Part shown: positions 9,399-18,219 of the stretch, piece after piece | Numbering within the stretch: position 1 is the stretch's first letter | How the letters are laid out: every line of letters begins with the position of its first letter | Assembly: GCA_022571845.1 (NCBI GenBank) | Contig: JACZXB010000005.1 | Coordinates: forward strand, 83,888 to 147,887 | Source: Candidatus Zixiibacteriota bacterium | GTDB taxonomy: Bacteria; Zixibacteria; MSB-5A5; GN15; FEB-12 | DNA: 64,000 bases | Direction of reading: 5' to 3' | Made by a program: the position numbers and the translations under genes | The notes under the pieces: generated by a model | Told to the model about the DNA's origin: nothing | Database searches by the model: none | The model's input: the letters and a program-made list of their open reading frames with translations, nothing else

Positions 9399-12300
9399 TT
9401 GGAAGTTCTTGTCTATTATACCGCAAAAAGGCCAAGAGCGGATGCGTTAAAGAAAGTCTGGAATGAGCGGCAAGGCGGCCGTGGAGTTCCTTTACTTGTA
9501 GTAGCGCTGCAAGAAAGTCTTTGCCATTTCTGCGGGCACACCGAGAAATTAGCAAATACAGCACATACTGATCTGCCTATCGAAAATATAGAACTGCTCT
9601 GCAGGGCGGCCTTACAACTTCCGAATCACCATTCTGTTGACAGATTCCTTCGTGAACACATTCGTGAATCAGATTCTCCAATCTTTGGCATTATTAACCA
9701 CGGATTACTAGCAACTTATGTAATACAACGAGGCAAAGAAGAAGTAGGTGAATCTGACTGGTCGACCGCATCTCGAAACGTCACAGAATTCTTTTCTAAG
9801 AAGAAACTATTTGATTCTACTGATCATCGCAAACTCCTAAACAATTTGGGATATACAATAGAATCGCTAAAGGGGCCTGCATATATTTTGACTTCTGATG
9901 ATTCACACTTGGCATTGGCTATATTGTTGGACCAAAACGAGTCTGCAGAACTGCCGTCCGGACGATTTGGGAATCAAACACCTATTTCCTCTGCATTGCA
10001 AATGGCTCAGACACACAATCTCGATTGGGTGATAGTTTGTCGGGGAAGTGAACTTCGCCTCTACCCCACACGAACCGGTGTTGGAGTTGGACAACGGGGA
10101 TTAACAGATACTTACCTTAGCCTTGATATCAATCTACTACCAGAGTCACGCCTTCCGTTTCTATGGCTGACAATGTCGGCAGAGGCATTGCGTCAAGATG
10201 GCTTTATATCAGAACTTCGTGCAAAATCTCACAGATTCGCCACCAACATAGGAAAGAGATTACGCGAACGTATTTACATCACTGTAATTCCAAAACTGGC
10301 GATGGCCATTGTCAAGGCACGTGGTTTGAAGAAACCAAGCACAGAAGACCTTGAACTAACCTATCAGATGGCGATGTTGGTTCTCTTTAGATTGTTGTTC
10401 ATTGCTTATGCTGAAGACCACGACCTGCTTCCGTACAGGTCAAACCCCGCCTATAAGGCTCGATCGCTCACACAAAAAGCGCGCGAACTCATTGAAGTTA
10501 TGCAGAAGAAGAGAGAGTTCGATACCGGCACCTCACATTGGGAAGAAGTCAATGGTCTTTGGGACGCCGTAAGAGCTGGTCATAAGGAGTGGGAAGTACC
10601 ACCATACGATGGCGGTTTGTTTGAAGAGGACAAGGAGAAACATCCTGCTGGTTATGAGCTTTCCGAGATTAAGCTTTCAAACAGGGACTTCGGTGTTGTC
10701 CTGACAAACGTACTTCTTGATCAAGATACACCTGAAGGATTAGGGCCGGTGGATTTCCGGTCTCTTGGGGTGAGAGAATTTGGGACCATCTATGAAGGTC
10801 TTTTAGAAAATGAATTATCTGTTGCCGAACAAAATCTGACAACTGATAAAAAAGGGCATTACAAACCAACTGATGATAAAAAGAAAATAGAAGTTCGTAA
10901 GAATGAAATATATCTTCACAACCGTTCCGGTGCGCGCAAATCGTCCGGCTCATATTACACTAAGAGTTTTGCCGTCGAGCATCTCTTAGACCATTCCCTG
11001 GAACCTGCTCTCGATGAACATTTGAAAAAAGTGGAAGCCTTAGCCAAGACAGACTCTACTAATGCAGGAAAGCAGTTGTTTGAATTCTATGTGGCGGATA
11101 TTGCCATGGGCTCCGGGCATTTTCTTATTGCCGCCATAGATAGAATAGAAAAGCGATTTATCACCTTTCTTGGACAAACACCACTAAAGTCGGTTGACGA
11201 TGAACTTGAAAAACTACGGGTTGCGGCCAAAAAAACGCTCGGTGAGGCGGCTGATGAACGACAGCTTGAGAAAAACCAGTTACTGCGTCGCTTGATAGCT
11301 CGTCGATGTATCTATGGTGTTGATTTGAATCCGCTGGCAGTAGAGCTGGCGAGACTTTCGGTGTGGATTCATACTTTTGTCCCTGGGCTGCCGCTTTCTT
11401 TTCTTGATCACAACTTGGTGTGTGGAAATTCGCTGGTTGGTATTGGTACGTTTGATGAGGCTATAGATGAATTGACAGAAGCTGGCGCCAATTATGGACT
11501 GTTTGATGACCCTGCAAAAAAGCTGTTGGAAGCTGCCTCAGATGACATTCGGACATTACGAGAGCTGCCAGACGCTGACATGAAGGACATCGATAGAGCT
11601 AAAGCAGCTATACGGCACATGGAGAAAGCATTGTCGGGTCTTAAAGCTATTTTTGACATATTGTCTGCCGCAAGGATTGATGACGAAATAGTAGAAAAAA
11701 TGGGGGCGGGTGCCGCCGGTCTTCTAACAAATTTGAAACAGCTTGATACTCTTTTTGGAAGTGCACTTCACAAAAAGGCGCGAGAAGTTCTTTCAGCTAT
11801 TCGACCCTTCCACTTTCCCATAGCATTTCCAGAAATATTCCTACGTCAAACTCCCGGATTCGACGTAATCATCGGAAATCCGCCGTGGGAGAAAACACAA
11901 GTGGAAGAAAACGAGTTTTGGTGTAGAAACTATCCTGGCTTCAAGGGATTACAGCAATCAGATCGAGAGAAACTTATGCTGATTTATAAAAAAGAAAGGC
12001 GCGATCTTGTAGAGAGACTTGAAGCCGAGCGCAAGGAAGCTGATTCAATTCGTCTAACGCTGATGACGGGACCTTTCCCTGGGATGGGCAGTGGCCACCC
12101 TGATCTCTACAAGGCATTTTGTTGGCGCTTCTGGCATTTGATAAGAAAAGAGTATGGATACATTGGAGTAGTTCTACCACGTTCTGCATGGGCCGGACAG
12201 GGTTTAGAAATATTTAGAAAAAAAATTATAAAAGACTGTCGAACTGTTTTCTTGACCACTTTAATAAATATGAATCATTGGGTTTTTCCAGAGGTTCATG

Positions 12301-13376
12301 GGCAATACGGAATAGTGCTAACGATTTTAGCGAGTTCACCAAGGAAAACCCAGCACGCTAATATTTCGCTTTTTGGCCCCTTTAGGAATTTTGAGAACTT
12401 CAAGAAGGGTGTTAAGAAAAAGCCTGTGACACTTAGCGGAAAAGATGTTCTTGACTGGACTGATTCAGCCCTACTTCCTTTACTTTCATCAAAGGAATCG
12501 GTCGAGGTTTTCCAGCAATTGAGGAAGGCACCACGTCTCGATTCTCAACTTGATGATTGGAGATGCAGGCCAGTTCAAGGAGATTTGAATGCAACAACGG
12601 GTAAGAAATATATGACATTTAGTGAAGTACGACTAAAACATTATTGGCCAGTTTATAAAGGCGAATCATTCGGAATCTGGAATCCCGATACAAGCATTTA
12701 CTACGCGTCGGTGGAGCCTAAAAAAATTGTTAAACACTTGCAGGAAAAGCGTAAAAGAGCTCATGGAAATTCCCGCTCCGCCTTTAGCGAGTTTTCGGAA
12801 AAGATGATAGAGGATGTAAGTACACTGACCTGTCTTTATCAACGAATTGCTTTTCGGGATGTTACGAACTCCATTGACAGTCGAACTGTTATTGCTTCCT
12901 TGGTTCCGCCAAATTTAGTCTTGACACACAAAGCACCTTACTTCTTATGGCCAAGAGGTGATGAATTGGATCAAGCTTTTCTTTTGGGAGTGTTGTGCTC
13001 ATTCCCACTCGACTGGTACGCAAGGCGTTTTGTGCAAACCACTCTAAATTTTCAAATTCTGTCTCCTTTTCCCGTTCCACATCCTGATAGGGCAAATACA
13101 CTTTGGAAACGGGTTGTAGCACTCGCTGGTCGCCTTGCTTGTCCTGACAAAAGATTTGCGGAATTCGCTAAGAAGGTTGGAGTTAAGTGCGGACCACTTA
13201 AAGCTGATGAAAAAGAAGATATGATACACGAATTGGACGCAGTGGTAGCACACTTATACGGACTAAATGAAAAACAAATAGTTCACATTTTTGAAACATT
13301 CCGCGTCGGCTACACTTACGAAGTTCGCATAAAAGAAACACTAAAATATTTCAAAGAGTGGAAAAAGAAGTTGTGA
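9399..13376 (+). CDS. Large Eco57I/PglX/DrmMI-like N6-adenine DNA methyltransferase with ~560-aa N-terminal extension and C-terminal specificity region
   Basis: Motif I is DIAMGSGHFLIAA (MGSGHFL = 11106-11126). The family-typical helical insert is CIYGVDLNPLAVELARLSVWIH...CGNSLVG. Motif IV is IIGNPPWEK (NPPW = 11877-11888). The start is uncertain: TTG 9399 is listed, but the frame is open back to 9279. Confidence 0.85.
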   Translation: MEVLVYYTAKRPRADALKKVWNERQGGRGVPLLVVALQESLCHFCGHTEKLANTAHTDLPIENIELLCRAALQLPNHHSVDRFLREHIRESDSPIFGIINHGLLATYVIQRGKEEVGESDWSTASRNVTEFFSKKKLFDSTDHRKLLNNLGYTIESLKGPAYILTSDDSHLALAILLDQNESAELPSGRFGNQTPISSALQMAQTHNLDWVIVCRGSELRLYPTRTGVGVGQRGLTDTYLSLDINLLPESRLPFLWLTMSAEALRQDGFISELRAKSHRFATNIGKRLRERIYITVIPKLAMAIVKARGLKKPSTEDLELTYQMAMLVLFRLLFIAYAEDHDLLPYRSNPAYKARSLTQKARELIEVMQKKREFDTGTSHWEEVNGLWDAVRAGHKEWEVPPYDGGLFEEDKEKHPAGYELSEIKLSNRDFGVVLTNVLLDQDTPEGLGPVDFRSLGVREFGTIYEGLLENELSVAEQNLTTDKKGHYKPTDDKKKIEVRKNEIYLHNRSGARKSSGSYYTKSFAVEHLLDHSLEPALDEHLKKVEALAKTDSTNAGKQLFEFYVADIAMGSGHFLIAAIDRIEKRFITFLGQTPLKSVDDELEKLRVAAKKTLGEAADERQLEKNQLLRRLIARRCIYGVDLNPLAVELARLSVWIHTFVPGLPLSFLDHNLVCGNSLVGIGTFDEAIDELTEAGANYGLFDDPAKKLLEAASDDIRTLRELPDADMKDIDRAKAAIRHMEKALSGLKAIFDILSAARIDDEIVEKMGAGAAGLLTNLKQLDTLFGSALHKKAREVLSAIRPFHFPIAFPEIFLRQTPGFDVIIGNPPWEKTQVEENEFWCRNYPGFKGLQQSDREKLMLIYKKERRDLVERLEAERKEADSIRLTLMTGPFPGMGSGHPDLYKAFCWRFWHLIRKEYGYIGVVLPRSAWAGQGLEIFRKKIIKDCRTVFLTTLINMNHWVFPEVHGQYGIVLTILASSPRKTQHANISLFGPFRNFENFKKGVKKKPVTLSGKDVLDWTDSALLPLLSSKESVEVFQQLRKAPRLDSQLDDWRCRPVQGDLNATTGKKYMTFSEVRLKHYWPVYKGESFGIWNPDTSIYYASVEPKKIVKHLQEKRKRAHGNSRSAFSEFSEKMIEDVSTLTCLYQRIAFRDVTNSIDSRTVIASLVPPNLVLTHKAPYFLWPRGDELDQAFLLGVLCSFPLDWYARRFVQTTLNFQILSPFPVPHPDRANTLWKRVVALAGRLACPDKRFAEFAKKVGVKCGPLKADEKEDMIHELDAVVAHLYGLNEKQIVHIFETFRVGYTYEVRIKETLKYFKEWKKKL

Positions 13377-13945
13377 TTGTTCGAAGTGACAGAGTAACTC
13401 CCGATAAACTTAAGTGGTACGACCGGTTTGGGCCTTATGCGTGGATATGTTATGAGGGGAAAGTCTTGAGAATGGATTATGATATACAGACCATCAATGA
13501 CGCGCATCGGCTACTAATTAGAAAAGAACATCACAATTTGATTAAGCTTCAGAAAGAGCCATTTACTTATGTAATGACCGGCTGTAAAGAGGACTGGATT
13601 AAGTATGGTCTTCAACCTGTCTATTTCTTGGTGGAAGATGTTAAAAAAGACAATAGGTGGTATCAACCAATTCGACAAATCGACCAGGCTTCTCAAAAAG
13701 AGCCATATTGGATTACTGAAGATATTGAGGAAGGAATAGAGCAATGTAGGCAAATAGTGGGATGTCCGAATTGCTGCCCCGATGAGAGACCATGGCCCCA
13801 AGCGGCTATTGCAGTACCGGTAAAAGGAATTGCAGAGCATTTTCTGGAAGCAGGGTGGGATAAGCTAATAGTTGATGAAGTTATATTGGACAAAGAAGTT
13901 GATTGGTTTAAGCAGGGCAGATTGCCCTTGGATAAAGAGAAATGA
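13358..13945 (+). CDS. Hypothetical 195-aa protein with Cys cluster (CRQIVGCPNCCP), coupled to the methyltransferase
   Basis: Its GTG start overlaps the MTase stop by 19 nt. No recognisable family. Confidence 0.45.
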   Translation: MEKEVVIVRSDRVTPDKLKWYDRFGPYAWICYEGKVLRMDYDIQTINDAHRLLIRKEHHNLIKLQKEPFTYVMTGCKEDWIKYGLQPVYFLVEDVKKDNRWYQPIRQIDQASQKEPYWITEDIEEGIEQCRQIVGCPNCCPDERPWPQAAIAVPVKGIAEHFLEAGWDKLIVDEVILDKEVDWFKQGRLPLDKEK

Positions 13946-14046
13946 GATATTGGTATCCAACTTGATATTGCATTTTGATATATCAAGATTAGATGGGGAC
14001 AACTTGATATTCCAAATTGGAACATCAAAATGTGAATTGAACAAAA

Positions 14047-17000
14047 ATGAGCAAACCGGAATTTGTTGACAACCGCGACGGCAACACGCTTGCCGAAGCT
14101 CTTCGTACCCATTTAGATTGGTTAGGTGAGACTTATGCCCAGCCGGTCGAGCTGTCTATCGCAACGGGATATTTCAATCCAGGCGGTTTTGCACAAATAG
14201 CAAATCATTTAGAGCGGATTTCTAAAGTGCGCTTATTGATTGGCGCCGAGCCGCTATCACCGCCTGCTATTCCCCGCCGAGACCCGATGAAAGACCCCCG
14301 GGGAGAAAAATTCGATCGCAAAATACTGGCTGACAAACTTCTCGAAGAAGAAAATGGAATTCGCAAAGACCGTGATTTGCTAGAGTTTGAACCAGAAGTA
14401 GATGCAACAGTTCGCCGATTATTGGAGTTTTTGAAATCTGGAAAAGTTGAAGTGCGTCGTTATGAGAGAGGTTTTCTTCATGGAAAAGCGTTTATCTTTT
14501 CTGATGATGAAGGGGTGTTGGCCGGTTCATCAAACTTTACGGCGGCTGGTCTTTTGTCAAATCTTGAACTAAATCTGGGCCACTATCAACCGGGTTTAGT
14601 CAAACGGGTAAAAGACTGGTTCGGTGATCTGTGGGTAGAATCAGTCCCGTATGACTTGGTCAGCATTTATGAGGCGCGCTATAAAGAATATGACCCGTAT
14701 CTAATTTATCTTCGAGTGCTATGGGAGCTTTATAAAGATGAAATGGAAGAAGAACGTCAGCCCAGCGGACGAATACCGCTAACTACTTTTCAAAATGACG
14801 GAATTAGCAGAGCTCAAAGAATTCTTGATAAATATGATGGCGTGATTATTGCCGACGGTGTTGGACTTGGTAAGACGTTTATTGCTGGTGAAATGATGCG
14901 AATAGTGCAGGACAACAGACAGAGGGTGTTACTGATTTCACCGGCAGCACTAAGGGACGGAACATGGAATAGATTTCAAATGAGAACACAACTGCGGTTC
15001 GAAAATCTATCATATGAGCAACTAGTTTTGGGTTCGGAGAGTTTTAAGCCAGATGAATACGAAATGGTAGTTATTGATGAAGCACAGGCATTTCGGAATC
15101 CGAATACTCAACGGGCACAGGCGCTCCGTAAATTATTGCAAGGCAAGCCTCCTAAGAAGTTAGTTCTAATGACAGCCACTCCAGTAAATAACTCGTTATG
15201 GGACTTGTATTATTTGATGACGTATTTCCTCAAACATGACGCGGTGTATGCGGACAAAGGAATCCGTTCGCTAAAACAAAGATTTACAGAAGCACAGAAG
15301 ATTGACCCATTTGATTTACGGCCGGATGTCCTTTTTGATGTTCTAGATCCGATAACAGTTCGGCGAACGCGTCAGTTTGTCCAAAAGTGGTATCCACACG
15401 AAACAATCACTTTACCAGACGGCACTCAGATTCCTGTACGTTTTCCTACCCCCCATGTTGGAAAAGTAGAATATAATCTTGAGAAAGTCTTACCCGAGAA
15501 CTTCTTTGAAGACTTTGCCGAAGCACTTGCACCGGAAAAAGGCGCTCCGGCTTTAACATTAGCACGATATCAACCATCCGCATATTTGAAAAAGGAAGAA
15601 ACGTTCGAGAGCGAAGTGGCATTAGTTGGACTGTTACGATCTGCACTACTCAAAAGATTCGAGTCTTCGGTTTATGCATTTGGTCGAACATCTGCAAAAA
15701 TGGCCAGAGCTAACGAAATGTTCTTAGCTGCTTTGGAAGAGGGATTTGTACCATCACCGCAAGCAATGGAAGAATTGCTTGAAACAGATTCTGATGAAGC
15801 GATAGAAGAACTGTTAATTGAATCAGGTTCAGAACCTGTTAAACTATATGAAGTTGATAGGTTGAAGGCTGATGTTACAAAAGATCGTGATTTATTACAG
15901 TCATACTTCAAAATTGCTGAGTCAGTCGTTCCTGAAAAGTCTCCCAAACTCAAACAGTTGGCTGAAACAATTGTAAAGATAATAAAACAGGCTGAAAGTG
16001 AAGCCGGAGGTAGTGAATATCCACGGGACAAAATTAAGGTCTTGATCTTTTCCTATTACGGGGATACAGTGAGATGGATTTACAATTACCTCTCAAAAAT
16101 GACCGAAACTGACCTACGCTTGGCACCATATCGAGGAAGAGTTGCAGCTATTGTAGGTGATAAAGCTCTGCAGGGAGGCTCTCGCGAATCAACAGTTTTT
16201 GGTTTTGCACCGGATACTACTGAGGCACCGCAACGATTTGCAGAAGATAAATTTGACATTCTTATTACAACTGATGTTTTGGCCGAAGGTATGAACCTGC
16301 AACAATGTCGTCACATTATAAACTTTGATTTGCCTTGGAACCCAATGCGACTGGTGCAACGTCACGGACGAATTGATCGCATTGGTAGCAAACACAAAAA
16401 TGTCTTTATAAAATGCTTCTTCCCCGACGTTAGATTGGATGACTTGCTTGCTTTAGAAATTCGCATTCGCAGCAAATTGGCCCGAGCAGCTGCCTCAATA
16501 GGAGTTGAATCGGAAGTAATCCCTGGTGGCACGATTGAAGAAGTAATCTTTACTGAAACGAAAGAACAAATTGAGGCATTGAAGAGTGGCGATGCTAATT
16601 TGTTCGAGCGTGGAGAAGAAATAGAGGGCGCTCATTCTGGCGAAGAATATCGTCAAGAATTACGAAAAGGGCTGGAAGATTTCGGTGATAATATTGTGAA
16701 TTTGCCCTGGGGAGTGGGGTCAGGCTTCAAGTACGGAATTCAACCTGGATGGTTCTTTTGTGCTTGTGTAGGCGATAAAATATTTTTGCGCTTCGTTCCG
16801 GAAGATAAACAAAATCCGATAGTGACTGACACTTTGGGATGTCTAAGGCACGTTGCTTGTGAGCGTACTACTCCTCGACACTTACCCGGAGTTAGTATCA
16901 AGAGTGCATACGAGGCCTGGAACAAAGCCCGTACTCATATCTTTCAAGAGTGGACAATGGCAACTGACCCCAAAAATTTACAACCTAAAATCCGGCCACT

Positions 17001-17286
17001 CTTTAGAAAAATGGCAGAACATATTCGTCAAAATCCGCCGGAAAACATAAATCAAAATCAAATAGAAGACACCGTTGATGCAATTTTGGCTCCCTGGGGA
17101 ATTCGTTATGAAAGAGAATTGCGACCTATAATGCAGGACGAGGCCAGTTCGGATGAAGAAAGGTCAAAGCAGATAATCGATAAGGTGGCCGAACTGGGGA
17201 TGTCCCCTTACGTTAAGCCGGAGCCCTTACCACTTATTGATGCAGATGAAGTGAAGTTGATTTGTTGGATGGGGATATTAAGCTGA
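14047..17286 (+). CDS. Phospholipase-D-family nuclease domain fused to an SNF2-family helicase
   Basis: HKD motif HGKAFIFSDDEGVLAGSSNFT (14479-14541). SNF2 motifs are ADGVGLGKT, VIDEAQAFRN (DEAQ = 15076-15087) and LMTATPVNNS. The C-terminal helicase motifs are TDVLAEGMNLQQC and LVQRHGRIDRIGS. Confidence 0.85.
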   Translation: MSKPEFVDNRDGNTLAEALRTHLDWLGETYAQPVELSIATGYFNPGGFAQIANHLERISKVRLLIGAEPLSPPAIPRRDPMKDPRGEKFDRKILADKLLEEENGIRKDRDLLEFEPEVDATVRRLLEFLKSGKVEVRRYERGFLHGKAFIFSDDEGVLAGSSNFTAAGLLSNLELNLGHYQPGLVKRVKDWFGDLWVESVPYDLVSIYEARYKEYDPYLIYLRVLWELYKDEMEEERQPSGRIPLTTFQNDGISRAQRILDKYDGVIIADGVGLGKTFIAGEMMRIVQDNRQRVLLISPAALRDGTWNRFQMRTQLRFENLSYEQLVLGSESFKPDEYEMVVIDEAQAFRNPNTQRAQALRKLLQGKPPKKLVLMTATPVNNSLWDLYYLMTYFLKHDAVYADKGIRSLKQRFTEAQKIDPFDLRPDVLFDVLDPITVRRTRQFVQKWYPHETITLPDGTQIPVRFPTPHVGKVEYNLEKVLPENFFEDFAEALAPEKGAPALTLARYQPSAYLKKEETFESEVALVGLLRSALLKRFESSVYAFGRTSAKMARANEMFLAALEEGFVPSPQAMEELLETDSDEAIEELLIESGSEPVKLYEVDRLKADVTKDRDLLQSYFKIAESVVPEKSPKLKQLAETIVKIIKQAESEAGGSEYPRDKIKVLIFSYYGDTVRWIYNYLSKMTETDLRLAPYRGRVAAIVGDKALQGGSRESTVFGFAPDTTEAPQRFAEDKFDILITTDVLAEGMNLQQCRHIINFDLPWNPMRLVQRHGRIDRIGSKHKNVFIKCFFPDVRLDDLLALEIRIRSKLARAAASIGVESEVIPGGTIEEVIFTETKEQIEALKSGDANLFERGEEIEGAHSGEEYRQELRKGLEDFGDNIVNLPWGVGSGFKYGIQPGWFFCACVGDKIFLRFVPEDKQNPIVTDTLGCLRHVACERTTPRHLPGVSIKSAYEAWNKARTHIFQEWTMATDPKNLQPKIRPLFRKMAEHIRQNPPENINQNQIEDTVDAILAPWGIRYERELRPIMQDEASSDEERSKQIIDKVAELGMSPYVKPEPLPLIDADEVKLICWMGILS

Positions 17287-17482
17287 AGTCGTTAGCGAGT
17301 GCTGCACCGAGTTGCCTTAGGGGCAATCAGGATACAGTGAATAAGGCTCTTAATCGCAAGAGTGTTGAAAGATTTGCAGCTAACTCTTCGAATTGGATGG
17401 AAAATAACCCAAATTCAATATTGACCTAATGTCTGGCGCATATTAACTTTAGGGCAATAATCCTATCAAAAAGAGGTAGAAA

Positions 17483-18208
17483 ATTAGGCAGCGTCTTTTA
17501 GTAAGTGTTAGAGCGAAAAACGATGCTCTGGAAGCAATCAAAGGAGGAGCCCAGATTATTGATGCCGAATATCCCGGGTCGGCCCTTGGCACTTGCTGGC
17601 CTGCGAATATTAGGGCTATTCGTAACCATACTCCAGCCGAGCTTCAGGTGAGTACGAATATTGGCGAAAAACAATTTGTCTGGAGTACTGCCGGTCAGGC
17701 GGCTGTTGGTGTAGCGTTTGCTGGAGCAAATATTATCAAGGTCGGTCTGGCTGAACTTAATAAGACGAAAGCTTTAAGAGTCATGAAAAATGTTACGCAC
17801 CAAGTCAATTACTTTTTCAAGGATAAACCGCCTGCTATGATTGCAACTTTCTTTGCTGATGAAGATCTGCGTAAATTCTTTGACCCAGTAGTAAACGGAG
17901 CAGAGGTTTCATCAAAGTCAAAAGCTAACGGGGTGCTCATAGATACATTCGATAAGAATTGTGGAAAAAGCCTTTTGGACTGGCTAAGTTTGAAAGAGAT
18001 CAAATCTTTTGTCAAAAACTGCCATACGCAAAATCAAGAAGCTTGGCTTGCGGGATCAATAACAAAAGCACAGATGCCAGGGTTGTGGAAAACAGGGGTA
18101 GATGTTATTTGTGTTAGAGGGGCCGCTTGTGAAAGTGGAATGGGTCGACAAGCGAAAGTAATCGCACGAAAAGTTAAAGCACTTATGAACATATTATCAG
18201 GAAATTAG
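17483..18208 (+). CDS. MfnB / DUF556-like (4-HFC-P synthase family) TIM-barrel protein, divergent, probable non-canonical ATT start
   Basis: The frame opens at 17480. The upstream part reads RLLVSVRAKNDALEAIKGGAQIIDAEYPGSALG, followed by VSTNIG, IIKVGL, VMKNVT, LIDTFDK, LAGSI and VRGAAC, which match my memory of the family. The first canonical start (GTG 17648) would delete the conserved N-terminus. AAGAGG (17471-17476) lies 6 nt before ATT 17483. Confidence 0.6.
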   Translation: MRQRLLVSVRAKNDALEAIKGGAQIIDAEYPGSALGTCWPANIRAIRNHTPAELQVSTNIGEKQFVWSTAGQAAVGVAFAGANIIKVGLAELNKTKALRVMKNVTHQVNYFFKDKPPAMIATFFADEDLRKFFDPVVNGAEVSSKSKANGVLIDTFDKNCGKSLLDWLSLKEIKSFVKNCHTQNQEAWLAGSITKAQMPGLWKTGVDVICVRGAACESGMGRQAKVIARKVKALMNILSGN

Positions 18209-18219
18209 GATAATTAGTG

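Noticed and set aside
13374-13376. Global reassignment of TGA (genetic code 4 or 25) as an explanation for the in-frame TGAs
   Set aside because: TGA ends many well-defined genes here (MTase 13376, PLD-SNF2 17286, HNH 20321, DUF3326-like 22893, tilS 53749). In these cases the next gene or another stop follows immediately, so TGA is a normal stop in this organism.
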